Below, piece after piece: positions 40,673-51,608 of a DNA stretch of 64,000 nucleotides; position 1 is the stretch's first letter; every line of letters starts with the position of its first letter. The stretch is from Fibrobacterota bacterium (GTDB lineage: Bacteria > Fibrobacterota > Fibrobacteria > UBA11236): positions 3,671-67,670 of the forward strand of contig JAQBPN010000070.1 in the NCBI GenBank assembly GCA_028287505.1, in the 5' to 3' direction. Position numbers and translations under genes: made by a program. The notes under the pieces were generated by a model that ran no database searches, was not told the DNA's origin, and saw nothing but the letters and a program-made list of their open reading frames with translations.

Positions 40673-40762
40673 GTAACCTCATACTTCTCGCCCACTTTCA
40701 TGGGGAAGAAGCAGTTTCAGGCTTTCCGCGGCGGCGCGGGCAACGGCTACGCGGGGTATGCG

Positions 40763-41602
40763 ATGGAAATTATCAAGACAGTCGGGGACTACCGCGTCTG
40801 GCGCAAGGACCTGGGACCGGACCTGACCGTGGGCTTTGTGCCGACCATGGGCGCCTTGCATGCGGGCCACATGAAACTGGTGGAGACCAGCGGCAGGGCG
40901 AACGACATCACGGTGGTTTCCATCTTCGTCAACCCCCTGCAATTCGGACCGGCTGAGGATTTCTCCCGTTACCCCCGTCCCTTCGAAGCGGACAGCCTTC
41001 TCTGCCGCGAGGCGGGTGTCGCCGCCATTTTCGCTCCGGAAGCGCCGACCTTCTATCCGCCGGATTTCTCCGCTTATTGCGAGGTGCCGGGACCGGACAG
41101 GTTCCTGGACGGAGCCTCGCGGCCGGGACACTTCCGCGGCGTTTGCACCGTAGTGCTCAAGCTGTTCAACATCGTGAATCCGGACAGGGCCTATTTCGGC
41201 CAGAAGGACATCCAGCAGGCCTTGATCCTCCGGAAGCTGGTACGCGACTTCTCCCTGGATCTGGAATTGGAAATCGTGGAAACGGTCCGCGAGGCGACGG
41301 GCCTGGCCCTGAGCTCCCGTAACGTCTACCTTACCCCGGACGAAAAGTCCCGCGCCACGGCACTGTCCAGGGGATTGTTCCGCGCGAAGGAAGCCTGGAC
41401 CCGGGGCGAGAAATCGGCGGAGACCCTCAAGGCGATGATGCGGTCGGAGATCGAAGCCTCCTCCCCCACCCGCATCGACTATATCGAAGCGGTGTCCCAG
41501 GCCGATTTGGCGCCGGCGGAGACCCTGTCCAAACCTTCTGTATTGGCGGTAGCGGTCTTCTACGGCAAGACGCGCCTAATCGACAACGTGCTCTTGGACT
41601 GA
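40763..41602 (+). CDS. panC: Pantoate--beta-alanine ligase
   Basis: VPTMGALHAGH, SIFVNPLQF, SRPGHFRGV, FGQKD, LALSSRN, RLIDN. Confidence 0.96.
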   Translation: MEIIKTVGDYRVWRKDLGPDLTVGFVPTMGALHAGHMKLVETSGRANDITVVSIFVNPLQFGPAEDFSRYPRPFEADSLLCREAGVAAIFAPEAPTFYPPDFSAYCEVPGPDRFLDGASRPGHFRGVCTVVLKLFNIVNPDRAYFGQKDIQQALILRKLVRDFSLDLELEIVETVREATGLALSSRNVYLTPDEKSRATALSRGLFRAKEAWTRGEKSAETLKAMMRSEIEASSPTRIDYIEAVSQADLAPAETLSKPSVLAVAVFYGKTRLIDNVLLD

Positions 41603-41606
41603 AAGG

Positions 41607-43034
41607 TCACAACCTGATCTGGAATCCCGCCCGTCCCTGGGCGGCCGCGCCCAGATAAACGTTTCCCGGCACCCAGCCGGCGGTCTTCGCATCCGCCTCC
41701 GCATACAGTTCGAAGTATGACCGCAAGGGAAGCGCCGCTTCCACCCGCGCGGATCCGCCGGGAAGCACGGAGGTGGTGCGGTAGAGCTGGTCTTCCGGTT
41801 GCAACCAGGCGGAGGCGCCGCAGGTGAGGTACAGTTGCCTGCGTCCCGCCAGGAGGGGGTAACGGAAAAGTTCCCCTCCCAATCCCGGCAAGGCCATTTC
41901 CCCGTTCACGAATCCCTGCGCGGAAAAGGCCCAGGACCATTTTCCCCGCCGCACCAGGATGTCCCCTCCCACGTCGTATCCGAACGGCGTCAGATGATGC
42001 GCCAGGCCGAAGTTCCAGAGGATGCCCCCGCCGTCCCAGGGGCTTGCGCCGGGGAGCCAATCGCGTCCGATCATCTGGGGCGAAACCAGGTTGAGCAGGG
42101 ACAGGCCCGCCTGCAGCCTGAGATAGCCGCGCTCGTCCGCGGTCAGATCGGAATACAACAGGTAACGATCGAACCCCTGCCCGGACGGATGGACGCGGCC
42201 CCGCGGGCCGGCGGCATAGGCCTCATCGGGATGCCGCATATCGTACACCCAGGCGCGGAAATCCAGACCGGTGAAATCCCGCTGGCTTTCCGCCGTTTCG
42301 TTGCGGTTGGCCTTTTCCAGATCCGCATCGAAATCCTTGCCGGAGCAGATGTAGATATACAGGGTTCCGTTCAAGCCCGTCGCCCACCAATTGACGGCGT
42401 CGTAATCGGACCGGCGGCCCAGGAAGAAGTTGTTGCGCCGCATCAACCGCACCGACTCCGTCTCTCCTTCGAGGCCCGCTTCCATCAGCCGGGTGAAATC
42501 GGCGGGATGCCTGTCTTTCAACTCCGCCAGATCCCGGTCGGCCACGTGATCGACGGAAACCGTTTCCGTGCCGATGTTCCAATGGTAAATGCCGTTGTAG
42601 CTGGAGATGCCGTATTGCGTCATCACCGCGCGATGCCATTCCTCGTGCATCCAGCCGTCGCCCAGCGGCAGGTAGACGGAGAGAATATTGAAAACCCCCA
42701 GGGAAGCGTAAGTGCCGACTGCGCGCCATCCCGCCGGCCTCACCCCTTCCCACAACCAGCCGATGGTCTGATCCGCCCATTGGGTGGCGCCCGCGTTCCA
42801 AAGCAGGGTTTGGCGCATGGAGGGCGATTCGAATCCGCCGCGCAATCCATAGGGCAGATCGGTCAAGGGAACGGGAATGAGCAGGGGTGCGCCGGGATAC
42901 AACGGACGCAAGGTGGAATCCCGGACCGAGGGCGGAATGGGAATGCCCGCCGGTTGGCCCTCCGCCGGTAGGACGGAGAGCCAACAGCAGGCTATGAGAC
43001 TGGAAATGCCCGGGATGGAAACCCGTTCAAGCAT
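41607..43034 (-). CDS. Exported hypothetical protein with an HExxH motif and a beta-strand-rich C-terminus
   Basis: Signal peptide; [17 protein letters not shown]; terminal amphipathic strands ending GFQIRL. Confidence 0.7.
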   Translation of the reverse strand: MLERVSIPGISSLIACCWLSVLPAEGQPAGIPIPPSVRDSTLRPLYPGAPLLIPVPLTDLPYGLRGGFESPSMRQTLLWNAGATQWADQTIGWLWEGVRPAGWRAVGTYASLGVFNILSVYLPLGDGWMHEEWHRAVMTQYGISSYNGIYHWNIGTETVSVDHVADRDLAELKDRHPADFTRLMEAGLEGETESVRLMRRNNFFLGRRSDYDAVNWWATGLNGTLYIYICSGKDFDADLEKANRNETAESQRDFTGLDFRAWVYDMRHPDEAYAAGPRGRVHPSGQGFDRYLLYSDLTADERGYLRLQAGLSLLNLVSPQMIGRDWLPGASPWDGGGILWNFGLAHHLTPFGYDVGGDILVRRGKWSWAFSAQGFVNGEMALPGLGGELFRYPLLAGRRQLYLTCGASAWLQPEDQLYRTTSVLPGGSARVEAALPLRSYFELYAEADAKTAGWVPGNVYLGAAAQGRAGFQIRL

Positions 43035-44100
43035 TTTTCTTGGCGAAATCCCTCATCACCGAGACCAGGGCGTCGATGCTTTCCAGTTCCAGCGCATTGT
43101 AGATGGAAGCGCGGAAGCCGCCCACCGAGCGGTGGCCGGGAAGGCCGGAAAGGCCCGCGGCCAGGGCTTCCTTGCCGAACGCCTCTTCCAACTCGGGCTT
43201 CTCCATCACGAAGGTGACGTTCATGCGCGAACGATCTTCCTTGGCCGTGGTTCCCTTGAAGAGCGGGTTCTCGTCGATCTCCTTGTAGAGGCGCTGGGCC
43301 TTTTCCTCGGCGCGCTTCTGCATGGCGGAGACGCCGCCCATCTGCTTGACCCACTTCAGGGTTTCCATGGCCATGTAGACGGCGAACACCGGGGGCGTGT
43401 TGTACATGGAGCCTTCCGCGATGTGGATCTTGTAGTCCAGCATGGAGGGAATCTTGCGTTTCACCTTGCCCAGCAGGTCGTCCCGCACGATGACCAGGGT
43501 GGTTCCCGCGATGCCCATGTTCTTCTGGGCGCCGGCGTAGATGAGGCCGAACTTGGAAACGTCCACGGGACGGCTGAAAATGTCGCTGGACATGTCCGCC
43601 ACCACGGGAACGGGCGATTCCGGGAAATGCTGCATCTGCGTCCCGAAAATGGTGTTGTTGCTGGTCACGTGGAAATACTTCGCGTCCTTGGGGATTTCGT
43701 ATCCCTTGGGAATGAAATTGTAGTTCGCATCCTTGGACGAGGCGACCACCTTCACGTTTCCGAAAATCTTGGCTTCCTTGATGGCCTTGTTGGCCCACGT
43801 GCCCGTGTCCAGATAGGCGGCGGATTCGCCTTCATCCAGAAGATTGTACGGGACCATGGCGAACTGCAGGCTGGCTCCGCCCTGGAGGTAAACGACGGAG
43901 TAGCCGGCGGGAACGCCGAGCAGTTCCTTGACCAGAGAGACGGCCTGATCCATCACGGCGATGAAATCCTTGCCGCGATGCGACATCTCGAGAAGCGAGA
44001 GGCCCTTCCCATTGAACTCGAGGCAGGCTTTCGCGCCCGCCTCCATGGCCTGGCGGGGCAGGATTCCCGGGCCGGCGCTGAAATTATGAATCTTCGGCAT
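43027..44100 (-). CDS. serC: Phosphoserine aminotransferase
   Basis: [47 protein letters not shown]. Confidence 0.97.
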   Translation of the reverse strand: MPKIHNFSAGPGILPRQAMEAGAKACLEFNGKGLSLLEMSHRGKDFIAVMDQAVSLVKELLGVPAGYSVVYLQGGASLQFAMVPYNLLDEGESAAYLDTGTWANKAIKEAKIFGNVKVVASSKDANYNFIPKGYEIPKDAKYFHVTSNNTIFGTQMQHFPESPVPVVADMSSDIFSRPVDVSKFGLIYAGAQKNMGIAGTTLVIVRDDLLGKVKRKIPSMLDYKIHIAEGSMYNTPPVFAVYMAMETLKWVKQMGGVSAMQKRAEEKAQRLYKEIDENPLFKGTTAKEDRSRMNVTFVMEKPELEEAFGKEALAAGLSGLPGHRSVGGFRASIYNALELESIDALVSVMRDFAKKNA

Positions 44101-44324
44101 TTTGCTTTCCCTTCGTGTCGGAATCCAAAAGTTAAACTTTTCGGGAACCTTTGTCGCGCCCGACCCTTGGCCTTTATGGCACTATGGGAATTTTCTCCGG
44201 GAGCGGATTTTGGGGCTGTACAGGCATATCCGGCCGGAAACGGGGAGACGCGGTTACCCGATCGGGGCGGCCGCCGATCCAATCGGCCACCGATCCTATC
44301 GGCCGGCAGGGGGCCGGCCCCGGT

Positions 44325-44714
44325 CTAAAAGCCGAAGCGGGCGACCGCCGTGGTCTGGATGCCGCCCCGGGCGTTGAAGACCCCCTTCACTTCCATGCGC
44401 TTGGGGGCGCTGGCCTTGACGCAGTCCCCCAGGACCCGGTTCACCACGTGTTCGTGGAAGATGCCGATTTCCCGATAGTTGAGAACATATTCCTTGAGGC
44501 TTTTCAGCTCCAGGCAAAGCTTGTCCGGAGTGTACGAGATCTGCAGGGTGGCGAAATCCGGCAGCCCGGTCTTGGGACAGATGCAGGTGAACTCCGGAAT
44601 ACTCACTTCAATGACGGTATCCGTGCCGGGATACTGGAATTCCCAGGATTCGATGACGGGCATTTCCATGCCGGGAATATGGGATTGGCGGCCTTCATAG
44701 GATGATTCTTGCAT
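44325..44714 (-). CDS. queF: PreQ0 reductase, short type I
   Basis: PEFTCICPKTGLPDFA, ELKSLKEY, FHE, RGGI. Confidence 0.93.
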   Translation of the reverse strand: MQESSYEGRQSHIPGMEMPVIESWEFQYPGTDTVIEVSIPEFTCICPKTGLPDFATLQISYTPDKLCLELKSLKEYVLNYREIGIFHEHVVNRVLGDCVKASAPKRMEVKGVFNARGGIQTTAVARFGF

Positions 44715-44739
44715 GGATGACTCTCTTTGCTTCGACGCT

Positions 44740-46110
44740 TTACAGGTCTTCGAACGCGGAAACGCTTTGTTCCCCGGTTTTGAGATCCTTCACTTCATAC
44801 CGTCCCTCGGTCCCTTTGTCGGAGCCGAAGAAAAGCACCCGGCCCGCGCCCTGATCGTTGGCCTGGGACATTTGCTTCTTGACCTTTTCCCCCGAGAGCG
44901 AATACCCCACGCGCCGTCCCTCGGCTCTCAGCTTCTGGGCCAGGAGCATCAATTGCGGGTTGGGCAGCTTGGAATCGTTGGGAGACACGTCGACCAGGAA
45001 ATAGTCGAGCGGCTCGCGGCCGGAGGGCAGCAGGTTTTTTTCGCGCAGCAGGTCCGCCAGGACCACGTCCCCCATGCCGAACCCCACTCCGGTCAGGGAG
45101 TTTCCGCCCAGACTGGCCAACAGGTTGTCATACCGGCCTCCCCCGGCCACGGCCCGCATGCCGATGCCTTTGTCGTAGACCTCGAAGACTATCCCGGTGT
45201 AATAGGCCAGGCCGCGCACCACGGATAGGTCCAGGTTCAGGTAGTCTCCATAACCGAGGGCGTGCATATACTCGAAAAGCTTTTCCAATTCCCACAAACC
45301 GCTTTTCGCGACCTTGGGCGCGGGCGCGCCGGGAACCGATGCGGAGGCGGTATCGGGCGCGGCAGCCTCTTCAGAAGCCGCGGACGCGGGAAAATAGGCC
45401 TTCAATTCCTCCAGGCCCTTGCACTTGAAAAAAGCCTCGATGGCGTCGATGCTGGCGGGGGTCAAACCCTCCTTGGCCAACAGGTTCCGGAACTCGGTCT
45501 CGCCCAGCTTGGCGCGTTTGTCCAGGGCGGCATAGACGGGCGCCTTCTTGTCCGCGGCCACGCCCTGCCTGTCCAGGAACTCGGAAAGCAGCCGGCGGCT
45601 CGAGACCTGGATGGAAAAGTCCTTGGAATCCAGGCCGAATGCCTTGAGCATCCCGATGATGGCGGATAACAGATCCACTTCGGCCGCGATGCTCTCGCAA
45701 CCGATGATGTCCATGTTGAGCTGGAAGAATTCGCGCAGACGGCCGCGCTGGGACTTTTCGTACCTGAACAGGCGCGGGATCGAGAACCAGCGCAGGGGCA
45801 GCTTGAGGCTGTTGCCCTTCTGGTTGACCATGCGGGCCAGGGTCGGAGTCATTTCAGGACGCAGGGCGATGTCCCGGTCGCCCTTGTCCTTGAAGTTGTA
45901 TAACTGGGTGACGATTTCCTGGCCGGATTTTTCCGTGAACAGTTCCAGGTTCTCGAAAGTGGGGCCCTCGTATTCTTCGAAGCCGAAATCCAGGCAGGCC
46001 CGGCGCCACACGTCGAAAAGATGGTTCTGGACGCGCATGTCCTCCGGGTAGAAGTCCCGGGTGCCCTTGGGAGCTTGCAGAGGGGCTTGCGATTGCGATG
46101 GAGAGTTCAT
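44740..46110 (-). CDS. hisS: Histidine--tRNA ligase
   Basis: KGTRDF, LRPEMT, FRYEKSQRGRLREF, VRGLAYYTG, GGGRYD, GFGMG. Confidence 0.96.
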   Translation of the reverse strand: MNSPSQSQAPLQAPKGTRDFYPEDMRVQNHLFDVWRRACLDFGFEEYEGPTFENLELFTEKSGQEIVTQLYNFKDKGDRDIALRPEMTPTLARMVNQKGNSLKLPLRWFSIPRLFRYEKSQRGRLREFFQLNMDIIGCESIAAEVDLLSAIIGMLKAFGLDSKDFSIQVSSRRLLSEFLDRQGVAADKKAPVYAALDKRAKLGETEFRNLLAKEGLTPASIDAIEAFFKCKGLEELKAYFPASAASEEAAAPDTASASVPGAPAPKVAKSGLWELEKLFEYMHALGYGDYLNLDLSVVRGLAYYTGIVFEVYDKGIGMRAVAGGGRYDNLLASLGGNSLTGVGFGMGDVVLADLLREKNLLPSGREPLDYFLVDVSPNDSKLPNPQLMLLAQKLRAEGRRVGYSLSGEKVKKQMSQANDQGAGRVLFFGSDKGTEGRYEVKDLKTGEQSVSAFEDL

Positions 46111-46334
46111 GCGTCGGGGACCTGGTTGATGATGGTGTCGGACAGCCAATTTAGCTAATGTGCCGCGCCCGATAAACCGCATTAAGGGGGGCATTTTCAG
46201 GGGTCCGGAAAGGCTGCGTTTTCGACACGGATAGCTTGGAAAACACCCTCGAATTTCATACATTTTCAGGGCTGTGAGGACACCATTTCCGACTCGATTT
46301 TGAGGCCGCGAAAACCGCATTTTCAGCGTACGGA

Positions 46335-47108
46335 ATGAAGATTCTAATCACCAACGATGATGGTATCCTGAGCCCGGTCCTGACCGTTCTCGCGGATGCC
46401 CTCAGCCGGGAGCACCAAGTGCTCGTGGTCGCTCCGACCCACGACCAGAGCGGCATGTCCCAGGCGTTCACGCATGGCCTGGATAAGCGTCTCTCGTTCC
46501 GGGCCGAAGCCGGCTCCCCCTATCCCAAATACCAGGTCATGGGCACCCCTTGCGATTGCGTCAAGTTCGCCATAGCCCATTTGTTCAAGGATCGACCGGT
46601 CGATTTGGTCCTTTCCGGCATCAACCTGGGCGAGAATGCCGGGATGAGCGCCGTCTATTCCGGCACGGTCGCCGCGGCCCGGGAAGGCGCCATGTGGGGC
46701 ATCCCCTCCGTGGCCGTATCCGTCTGGAAGAACGCAGCCGACCACCTGGACTACGCCGTGGCCTGGATCCTGAAACTTTTGCGCGAACCCGCCGTTCTGC
46801 CCATCCGGCCGGGCGGCTTGTGGAACGTCAATTTCCCCCCTTGCGATCCCGAAGCAATCGAAGGGACCGAAATCACCGCCATGAGCACGGTGATGTTCAA
46901 GGACACTTACGAAGCCGTCCGGACCGAACACGGGATCACCGAGTTCCGCCTGGTAGGCTATAAGCCCCTGGAGCAGTTCCAGGCCGGCACCGACGACTAC
47001 GCTCTCGCCCGAAACCGTATTTCCATAACTCCTTTGCAAGTCAGCCAATCGGATTCCGGGGAAACCCGGCGCCTGGCGGGTCTGCAATCGCATTGGGACT
47101 CGCTGTAA
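46335..47108 (+). CDS. surE: 5'/3'-nucleotidase SurE
   Basis: ILITNDDG, VAP..QSG, GTPCDCV, SGINLGEN, YSGTVAAA. Confidence 0.95.
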   Translation: MKILITNDDGILSPVLTVLADALSREHQVLVVAPTHDQSGMSQAFTHGLDKRLSFRAEAGSPYPKYQVMGTPCDCVKFAIAHLFKDRPVDLVLSGINLGENAGMSAVYSGTVAAAREGAMWGIPSVAVSVWKNAADHLDYAVAWILKLLREPAVLPIRPGGLWNVNFPPCDPEAIEGTEITAMSTVMFKDTYEAVRTEHGITEFRLVGYKPLEQFQAGTDDYALARNRISITPLQVSQSDSGETRRLAGLQSHWDSL

Positions 47109-47136
47109 CGGATTGAAGAACGCCCTAGGAGACTGA

Positions 47137-49746
47137 ATGGCCATACCGATACGCACCGCACCTGACAACGGCAAAATCGTGAATACCTTCATCGAAGAGG
47201 AAATGAAAACCTCTTACCTGAAGTATTCCATGTCCGTCATCGTGGCGCGCGCGCTGCCGGATGTCCGGGACGGGCTGAAGCCCGTGCATCGGCGCATCCT
47301 CTACGGCATGGAAAACCTCAGCCTCGCTCCCGAGCGTCCATACAAGAAATCGGCGACCATCGTCGGCGAAGTCATGGGCAAGTACCATCCCCACGGCGAT
47401 TCGGCCATCTACGAGTCCATCGTGCGCATGGCGCAGGACTTCTCCATGCGCTACCCGCTGGTGGACGGCCAGGGCAATTTCGGCTCCATCGACGGGGATC
47501 CTCCCGCGGCCATGCGTTATACCGAAGCCCGCATGAAGCGGTTCGCGGAAATGATGCTTCAGGACCTGGAGAAGAATACCGTCAACTTCACGCCCAACTA
47601 CGATTCCTCCCTGACCGAACCCTCGGTGCTTCCTTCCGCCTTCCCCAATCTGCTCGTCAACGGCAGCACCGGCATCGCCGTGGGCATGGCCACGAACATG
47701 GCTCCGCATAACCTGCGCGAAATCATCGGCGCCTGCATCGCCATGATCCACAATCCGGAAATCGCCATCGAGGAGCTCGTCAACTACGTCAGCGGTCCGG
47801 ACTTCCCCACCGGGGCCACCATCTACGGACGCAATGGGATCCGGGCGGCCTACCTCACCGGCCGCGGCAAGCTGCTGGTGCGCTCCAAGACCCACGTGGA
47901 AGTGGTCAACAACCGCAACCGCATCGTGGTCACGGAAATCCCCTACCAGGTCAACAAGACCAATCTGCTGGAAAAGATGGCCTCCCTGGTCCGGGACAAG
48001 ATCATCGAAGGCATCTCCGATCTGCGCGACGAGTCCGACAAGGACGGCATGAGCATCATCATCGAGCTCAAGAAGGACGCCTTCCCGGACATCATCCTCA
48101 ACCAGCTGTACAAGCATACCCAGCTCCAGGAAACCTTTTCCATCCACAACCTGGCCCTGGTGGAGAACCGTCCCCGCACCCTGAATCTGCGGGAAATCAT
48201 CTTCTACTTCCTGGAGCATCGCCACGAAGTGGTGCAACGCCGCACCCAGTTCGACCTGAACAAGGCCGAAGAGCGGGCCCACATCCTGGAAGGCCTGCGC
48301 ATCGCCCTGGATCATATCGACGAGATCATCAAGCTGATCCGCGCTTCCGATGACGGCGCGGCCGCCAAGGTCGGACTCATGTCGCAGTTCGGCCTCTCCG
48401 ATCGCCAGGCCGACGCCATCCTGGAAATGCGCCTGCAAAGGCTCACCGGCCTGGAGCGGGACAAGATCGAAGCCGAATACAAGGAACTGACGATCACGAT
48501 CGCGGACCTCAAGGACATCCTGGCCGACAAGGCGCGGCGCATGGCCATCATCGAGAACGAACTCAAGGAAATCGTGGAAAAATACGGCGACGAACGCCGC
48601 ACCATGATCGAAGACGCCGCCGACGACATCACCTACCTGGATCTGATCGCCAACGAGCCCATGATCGTGACCGTGTCGCACACGGGGTACATCAAGCGCA
48701 TCGGCACGGACGCGTACAAGACCCAGGGCCGCGGCGGCAAAGGCATTTCCGCCACAGGCCTCAAGGAAGAGGATTTCGTCGAGCATCTCTTCATCGCCTG
48801 GGCCCACAGTTACATCCTGGTCTTCACCAACAAGGGCCGCTGCCATTGGCTCAAGGTGTACGAGCTCCCGGAGGCGGCGCGCGCCTCCAAGGGCAAGGCC
48901 CTGGTCAACTTCATCAATCTGCTGGAGGGCGAGCATGTCAGCGCCTTCGTTCCCGTCAAGGACTTCGAGGATGCGCGCAGCGTGGTCCTCGTTACCGAGC
49001 ACGGTATCATCAATAAGATGTCCCTGGAGTCGTTCTCGCGGCCCCGCACCAACGGCATCAACGCTCTGACCCTGGACGATGGCGATACCCTCACCCAGGT
49101 AGTATTGGCCTCGGAAGCGGACGACGTGATGATCGGCACCAAGCTGGGCCAGGCCATCCGCTTCGCCATGTCCAAGTTCCGGCAGACCGGACGGGGAACG
49201 CGCGGCGTCAAGGGCATCACCCTCGATGAAGGCGATGCCGTCATCGGCATGATCATCGTCGAAAAGGGCTGCTCGGTCCTGACCATCACGGACAAGGGAT
49301 ACGGCAAGCGTACGGAACCGGACGAATACCGCATCACGGACCGAGGCGGCAAAGGCGTGCGCAACATCAAGGTGACCGACAAGAACGGTCCGGCGGTCTG
49401 CATCGAGATCGTCCGGGAAGGCCAGGAGATCCTGGTCATCACCAAGGAAGGCAACGTCATCCGCATGGGAGTGGCGGATATCAGCATCATCGGCCGCGAC
49501 ACGCAAGGCGTGCGGGTCATCCGCCTCAACGATACCGATCTGGTGACGGACGTGGCGGTGGTGGAAAGCGAAGACGTGGATCCGGCCATGCTGGAGTCCA
49601 CGGAGAACCAGAAGGTGGTCACGGCCCCGCCGGTGAACGGCGCGGTCCCTTCGGACGACGCCTCCGACGAAGCCTCCCTTTCCGAGGACGCTCCGGCTTC
49701 CGAAACGGATGAGGACGGTTCCGCACCCGAAGAAGAGGCGACCTAG
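47137..49746 (+). CDS. gyrA: DNA gyrase subunit A
   Basis: [29 protein letters not shown] (catalytic Tyr), GyrA box QGRGGKG, acidic tail. Confidence 0.97.
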   Translation: MAIPIRTAPDNGKIVNTFIEEEMKTSYLKYSMSVIVARALPDVRDGLKPVHRRILYGMENLSLAPERPYKKSATIVGEVMGKYHPHGDSAIYESIVRMAQDFSMRYPLVDGQGNFGSIDGDPPAAMRYTEARMKRFAEMMLQDLEKNTVNFTPNYDSSLTEPSVLPSAFPNLLVNGSTGIAVGMATNMAPHNLREIIGACIAMIHNPEIAIEELVNYVSGPDFPTGATIYGRNGIRAAYLTGRGKLLVRSKTHVEVVNNRNRIVVTEIPYQVNKTNLLEKMASLVRDKIIEGISDLRDESDKDGMSIIIELKKDAFPDIILNQLYKHTQLQETFSIHNLALVENRPRTLNLREIIFYFLEHRHEVVQRRTQFDLNKAEERAHILEGLRIALDHIDEIIKLIRASDDGAAAKVGLMSQFGLSDRQADAILEMRLQRLTGLERDKIEAEYKELTITIADLKDILADKARRMAIIENELKEIVEKYGDERRTMIEDAADDITYLDLIANEPMIVTVSHTGYIKRIGTDAYKTQGRGGKGISATGLKEEDFVEHLFIAWAHSYILVFTNKGRCHWLKVYELPEAARASKGKALVNFINLLEGEHVSAFVPVKDFEDARSVVLVTEHGIINKMSLESFSRPRTNGINALTLDDGDTLTQVVLASEADDVMIGTKLGQAIRFAMSKFRQTGRGTRGVKGITLDEGDAVIGMIIVEKGCSVLTITDKGYGKRTEPDEYRITDRGGKGVRNIKVTDKNGPAVCIEIVREGQEILVITKEGNVIRMGVADISIIGRDTQGVRVIRLNDTDLVTDVAVVESEDVDPAMLESTENQKVVTAPPVNGAVPSDDASDEASLSEDAPASETDEDGSAPEEEAT

Positions 49747-49750
49747 TCCC

Positions 49751-50863
49751 ATGATTCCGAAAGCGCCGGGCTCCCCTAAAGCACCGGCGCTTATTCGTTT
49801 CCCGATTTTCAATTTGCAATTTTCAATTTGCAAAATCGTCTTTTTCCTTCCCTTCCTGCTGCCCCTCTCCTCCCACGCCGTGCACTTCCCGGATACCGCG
49901 GATCTGAAAAAAGACTATCGCGTTTCCGCCCGCAAGGACGGCCGCCCGGCGGATTTCTTCCGCAAGGTGGACGGCGATTCCGCCACTCTGCACATCGAGT
50001 GGACCGGCCGGAGCATCACCGCCGCGCGCATCGAACAAGGCGGTGAATTCGATCCGGACAGCTTCAGCGTGGTGACCACGGAATTCGGGAACGGGGCCGC
50101 CTGGCACGAGTCCATGAGTTCCAAGGACGCCCAGGCCTTGAAGCTTTACCCCGGCCTGCAACAGGAATGGATCCTGAAAGGCTACGGCGGGGAAAAAGGC
50201 TGGCTCGGCTCGGGGGTGAACAAGGGACGTTACTTTCTCGTCTTCCGGGAAACGCCGCCCACCGCCGTCGCGACGGTTGCCGGACCCCTGCGCCTGAACC
50301 GCGGCGTATTCGCTTTCCTGGATTCCTCCTCGCAATGGCTGCACGTCCCCTGCCGGAATGAAAAAGACGCCGCCCTTCCGGACGGCAAGGCCAAAGGCAA
50401 AACCGCCCCCGTGTGCTTCAGCCCGGGCGATGATTCCCGTTTCATCGTCCGCATCGATCGGAAAAAACCCCTGGCCCTGCAGGCCTGGATGGAAGAAGGC
50501 GAGTCCGGGGCCTTGAAGGACATCAAAAGCGCGCTCAAGACCGTGCCGGATGCGGCCCAGGCGGAATATGCCCAGGATCTATCCCAGATGCTGTTGGGAG
50601 AAGCCCAGATGTTCCTGGTGAAACTTTCCCAGCGTCTGCCGGAAACCTTCAACTGGCCCTCCTGGCAAATCCAGGATTTCAAAGGGGGCAGAATCCCGGC
50701 CGCGGACTTCCTGCCCATCGTGCGCCGGCAGGAGAATCCCGGAGACTCCCTTCCGGCCTTCCGATTCGAAGATTCGGGGCTGAAGCTTTCGGTGAATCTA
50801 TATTACCAGGGAAGGTTCCACCTGTCGGCCGAGGAAAACGAAAAGGCGCGGAAAGCGCCTTGA
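49751..50863 (+). CDS. Exported hypothetical protein
   Basis: Signal-like IVFFLPFLLPLSSHA; host-like codon bias; no recognised motif; start uncertain. Confidence 0.65.
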   Translation: MIPKAPGSPKAPALIRFPIFNLQFSICKIVFFLPFLLPLSSHAVHFPDTADLKKDYRVSARKDGRPADFFRKVDGDSATLHIEWTGRSITAARIEQGGEFDPDSFSVVTTEFGNGAAWHESMSSKDAQALKLYPGLQQEWILKGYGGEKGWLGSGVNKGRYFLVFRETPPTAVATVAGPLRLNRGVFAFLDSSSQWLHVPCRNEKDAALPDGKAKGKTAPVCFSPGDDSRFIVRIDRKKPLALQAWMEEGESGALKDIKSALKTVPDAAQAEYAQDLSQMLLGEAQMFLVKLSQRLPETFNWPSWQIQDFKGGRIPAADFLPIVRRQENPGDSLPAFRFEDSGLKLSVNLYYQGRFHLSAEENEKARKAP

Positions 50864-50908
50864 GTCCCTCCTGGTCCGGCGCCCTGGACCGGAACCCTGG
50901 AGAGTTCA

Positions 50909-51154
50909 ATGAGTTTGAAATCCGTCTATAGCGCACCTTCCCAGACCCAAGCCACCATTATCCGCAATCTCCTGCAGAATGCCGGAATCGAAGCCGCCCT
51001 CCGGACCGACGATGCCAACGGGAATATCCCGTCCCTTGATGTTTCCGAAGGCGTGGACGTACTTGTGGATGAAAGCATGGCGGGCGAAGCCCTGGCCGTG
51101 CTGGAGGAATACAGGAACGGCGAAACCGCCATCGACGAAAACCACGCCGATTAA
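50909..51154 (+). CDS. DUF2007 putative signal-transducing protein
   Basis: VYSA..QATIIRNLLQNAGIEA..GVDVLV..A.EALAVL; GGAGAG RBS. Confidence 0.8.
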   Translation: MSLKSVYSAPSQTQATIIRNLLQNAGIEAALRTDDANGNIPSLDVSEGVDVLVDESMAGEALAVLEEYRNGETAIDENHAD

Positions 51155-51608
51155 CGCCCGTACCCTCAAACCGATTTTCCTCTCCTGGCTTCCCGCTCTG
51201 ATGGGCATGGGAGTGCTTTTTTATACCTCGAGCCTGCCCGGGGACCGCATCCATCTTCCGCCATTTCCATACAGCGACAAAGCCGTGCATTTCGCCGCCT
51301 ATGCCGCGCTGGGATTCCTGATCTCCTTGCGGAAACCCTTGAGGCGACGCCTTATCGCCAAGGGAATACCCCTCACCGGCCGTTCTGGCTCCGGGGACGC
51401 CCCCGGCGGAGGTCTTGATTTCGCGGGGCTGGCGACCGGGATGCTCTACGGGGTCTCGGACGAGATCCATCAGATCTTCGTGCCCATGAGAATGTACGAC
51501 TACGGAGACATGGCCGCGGATGCGCTGGGTGTCGTATTGGGATGTTGGATTTTCGCCAGGATTTTCCGGCCTGCGCCGGAAGCCGCGGCAAGCGGAACAG
51601 CGGCCTAG
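51150..51608 (+). CDS. VanZ family membrane protein (start uncertain)
   Basis: WLPALMGMGVLFYTSS, DKAVHFAAYAALG, YGVSDEIHQIFVP.R..D..AD.LG. Confidence 0.85.
   Translation: MNARTLKPIFLSWLPALMGMGVLFYTSSLPGDRIHLPPFPYSDKAVHFAAYAALGFLISLRKPLRRRLIAKGIPLTGRSGSGDAPGGGLDFAGLATGMLYGVSDEIHQIFVPMRMYDYGDMAADALGVVLGCWIFARIFRPAPEAAASGTAA

Noticed and set aside
45300..45390. Ala/Pro-rich insertion in HisS
   Set aside because: Low-complexity loop in the variable insertion domain; no intein or mobile-element signature.
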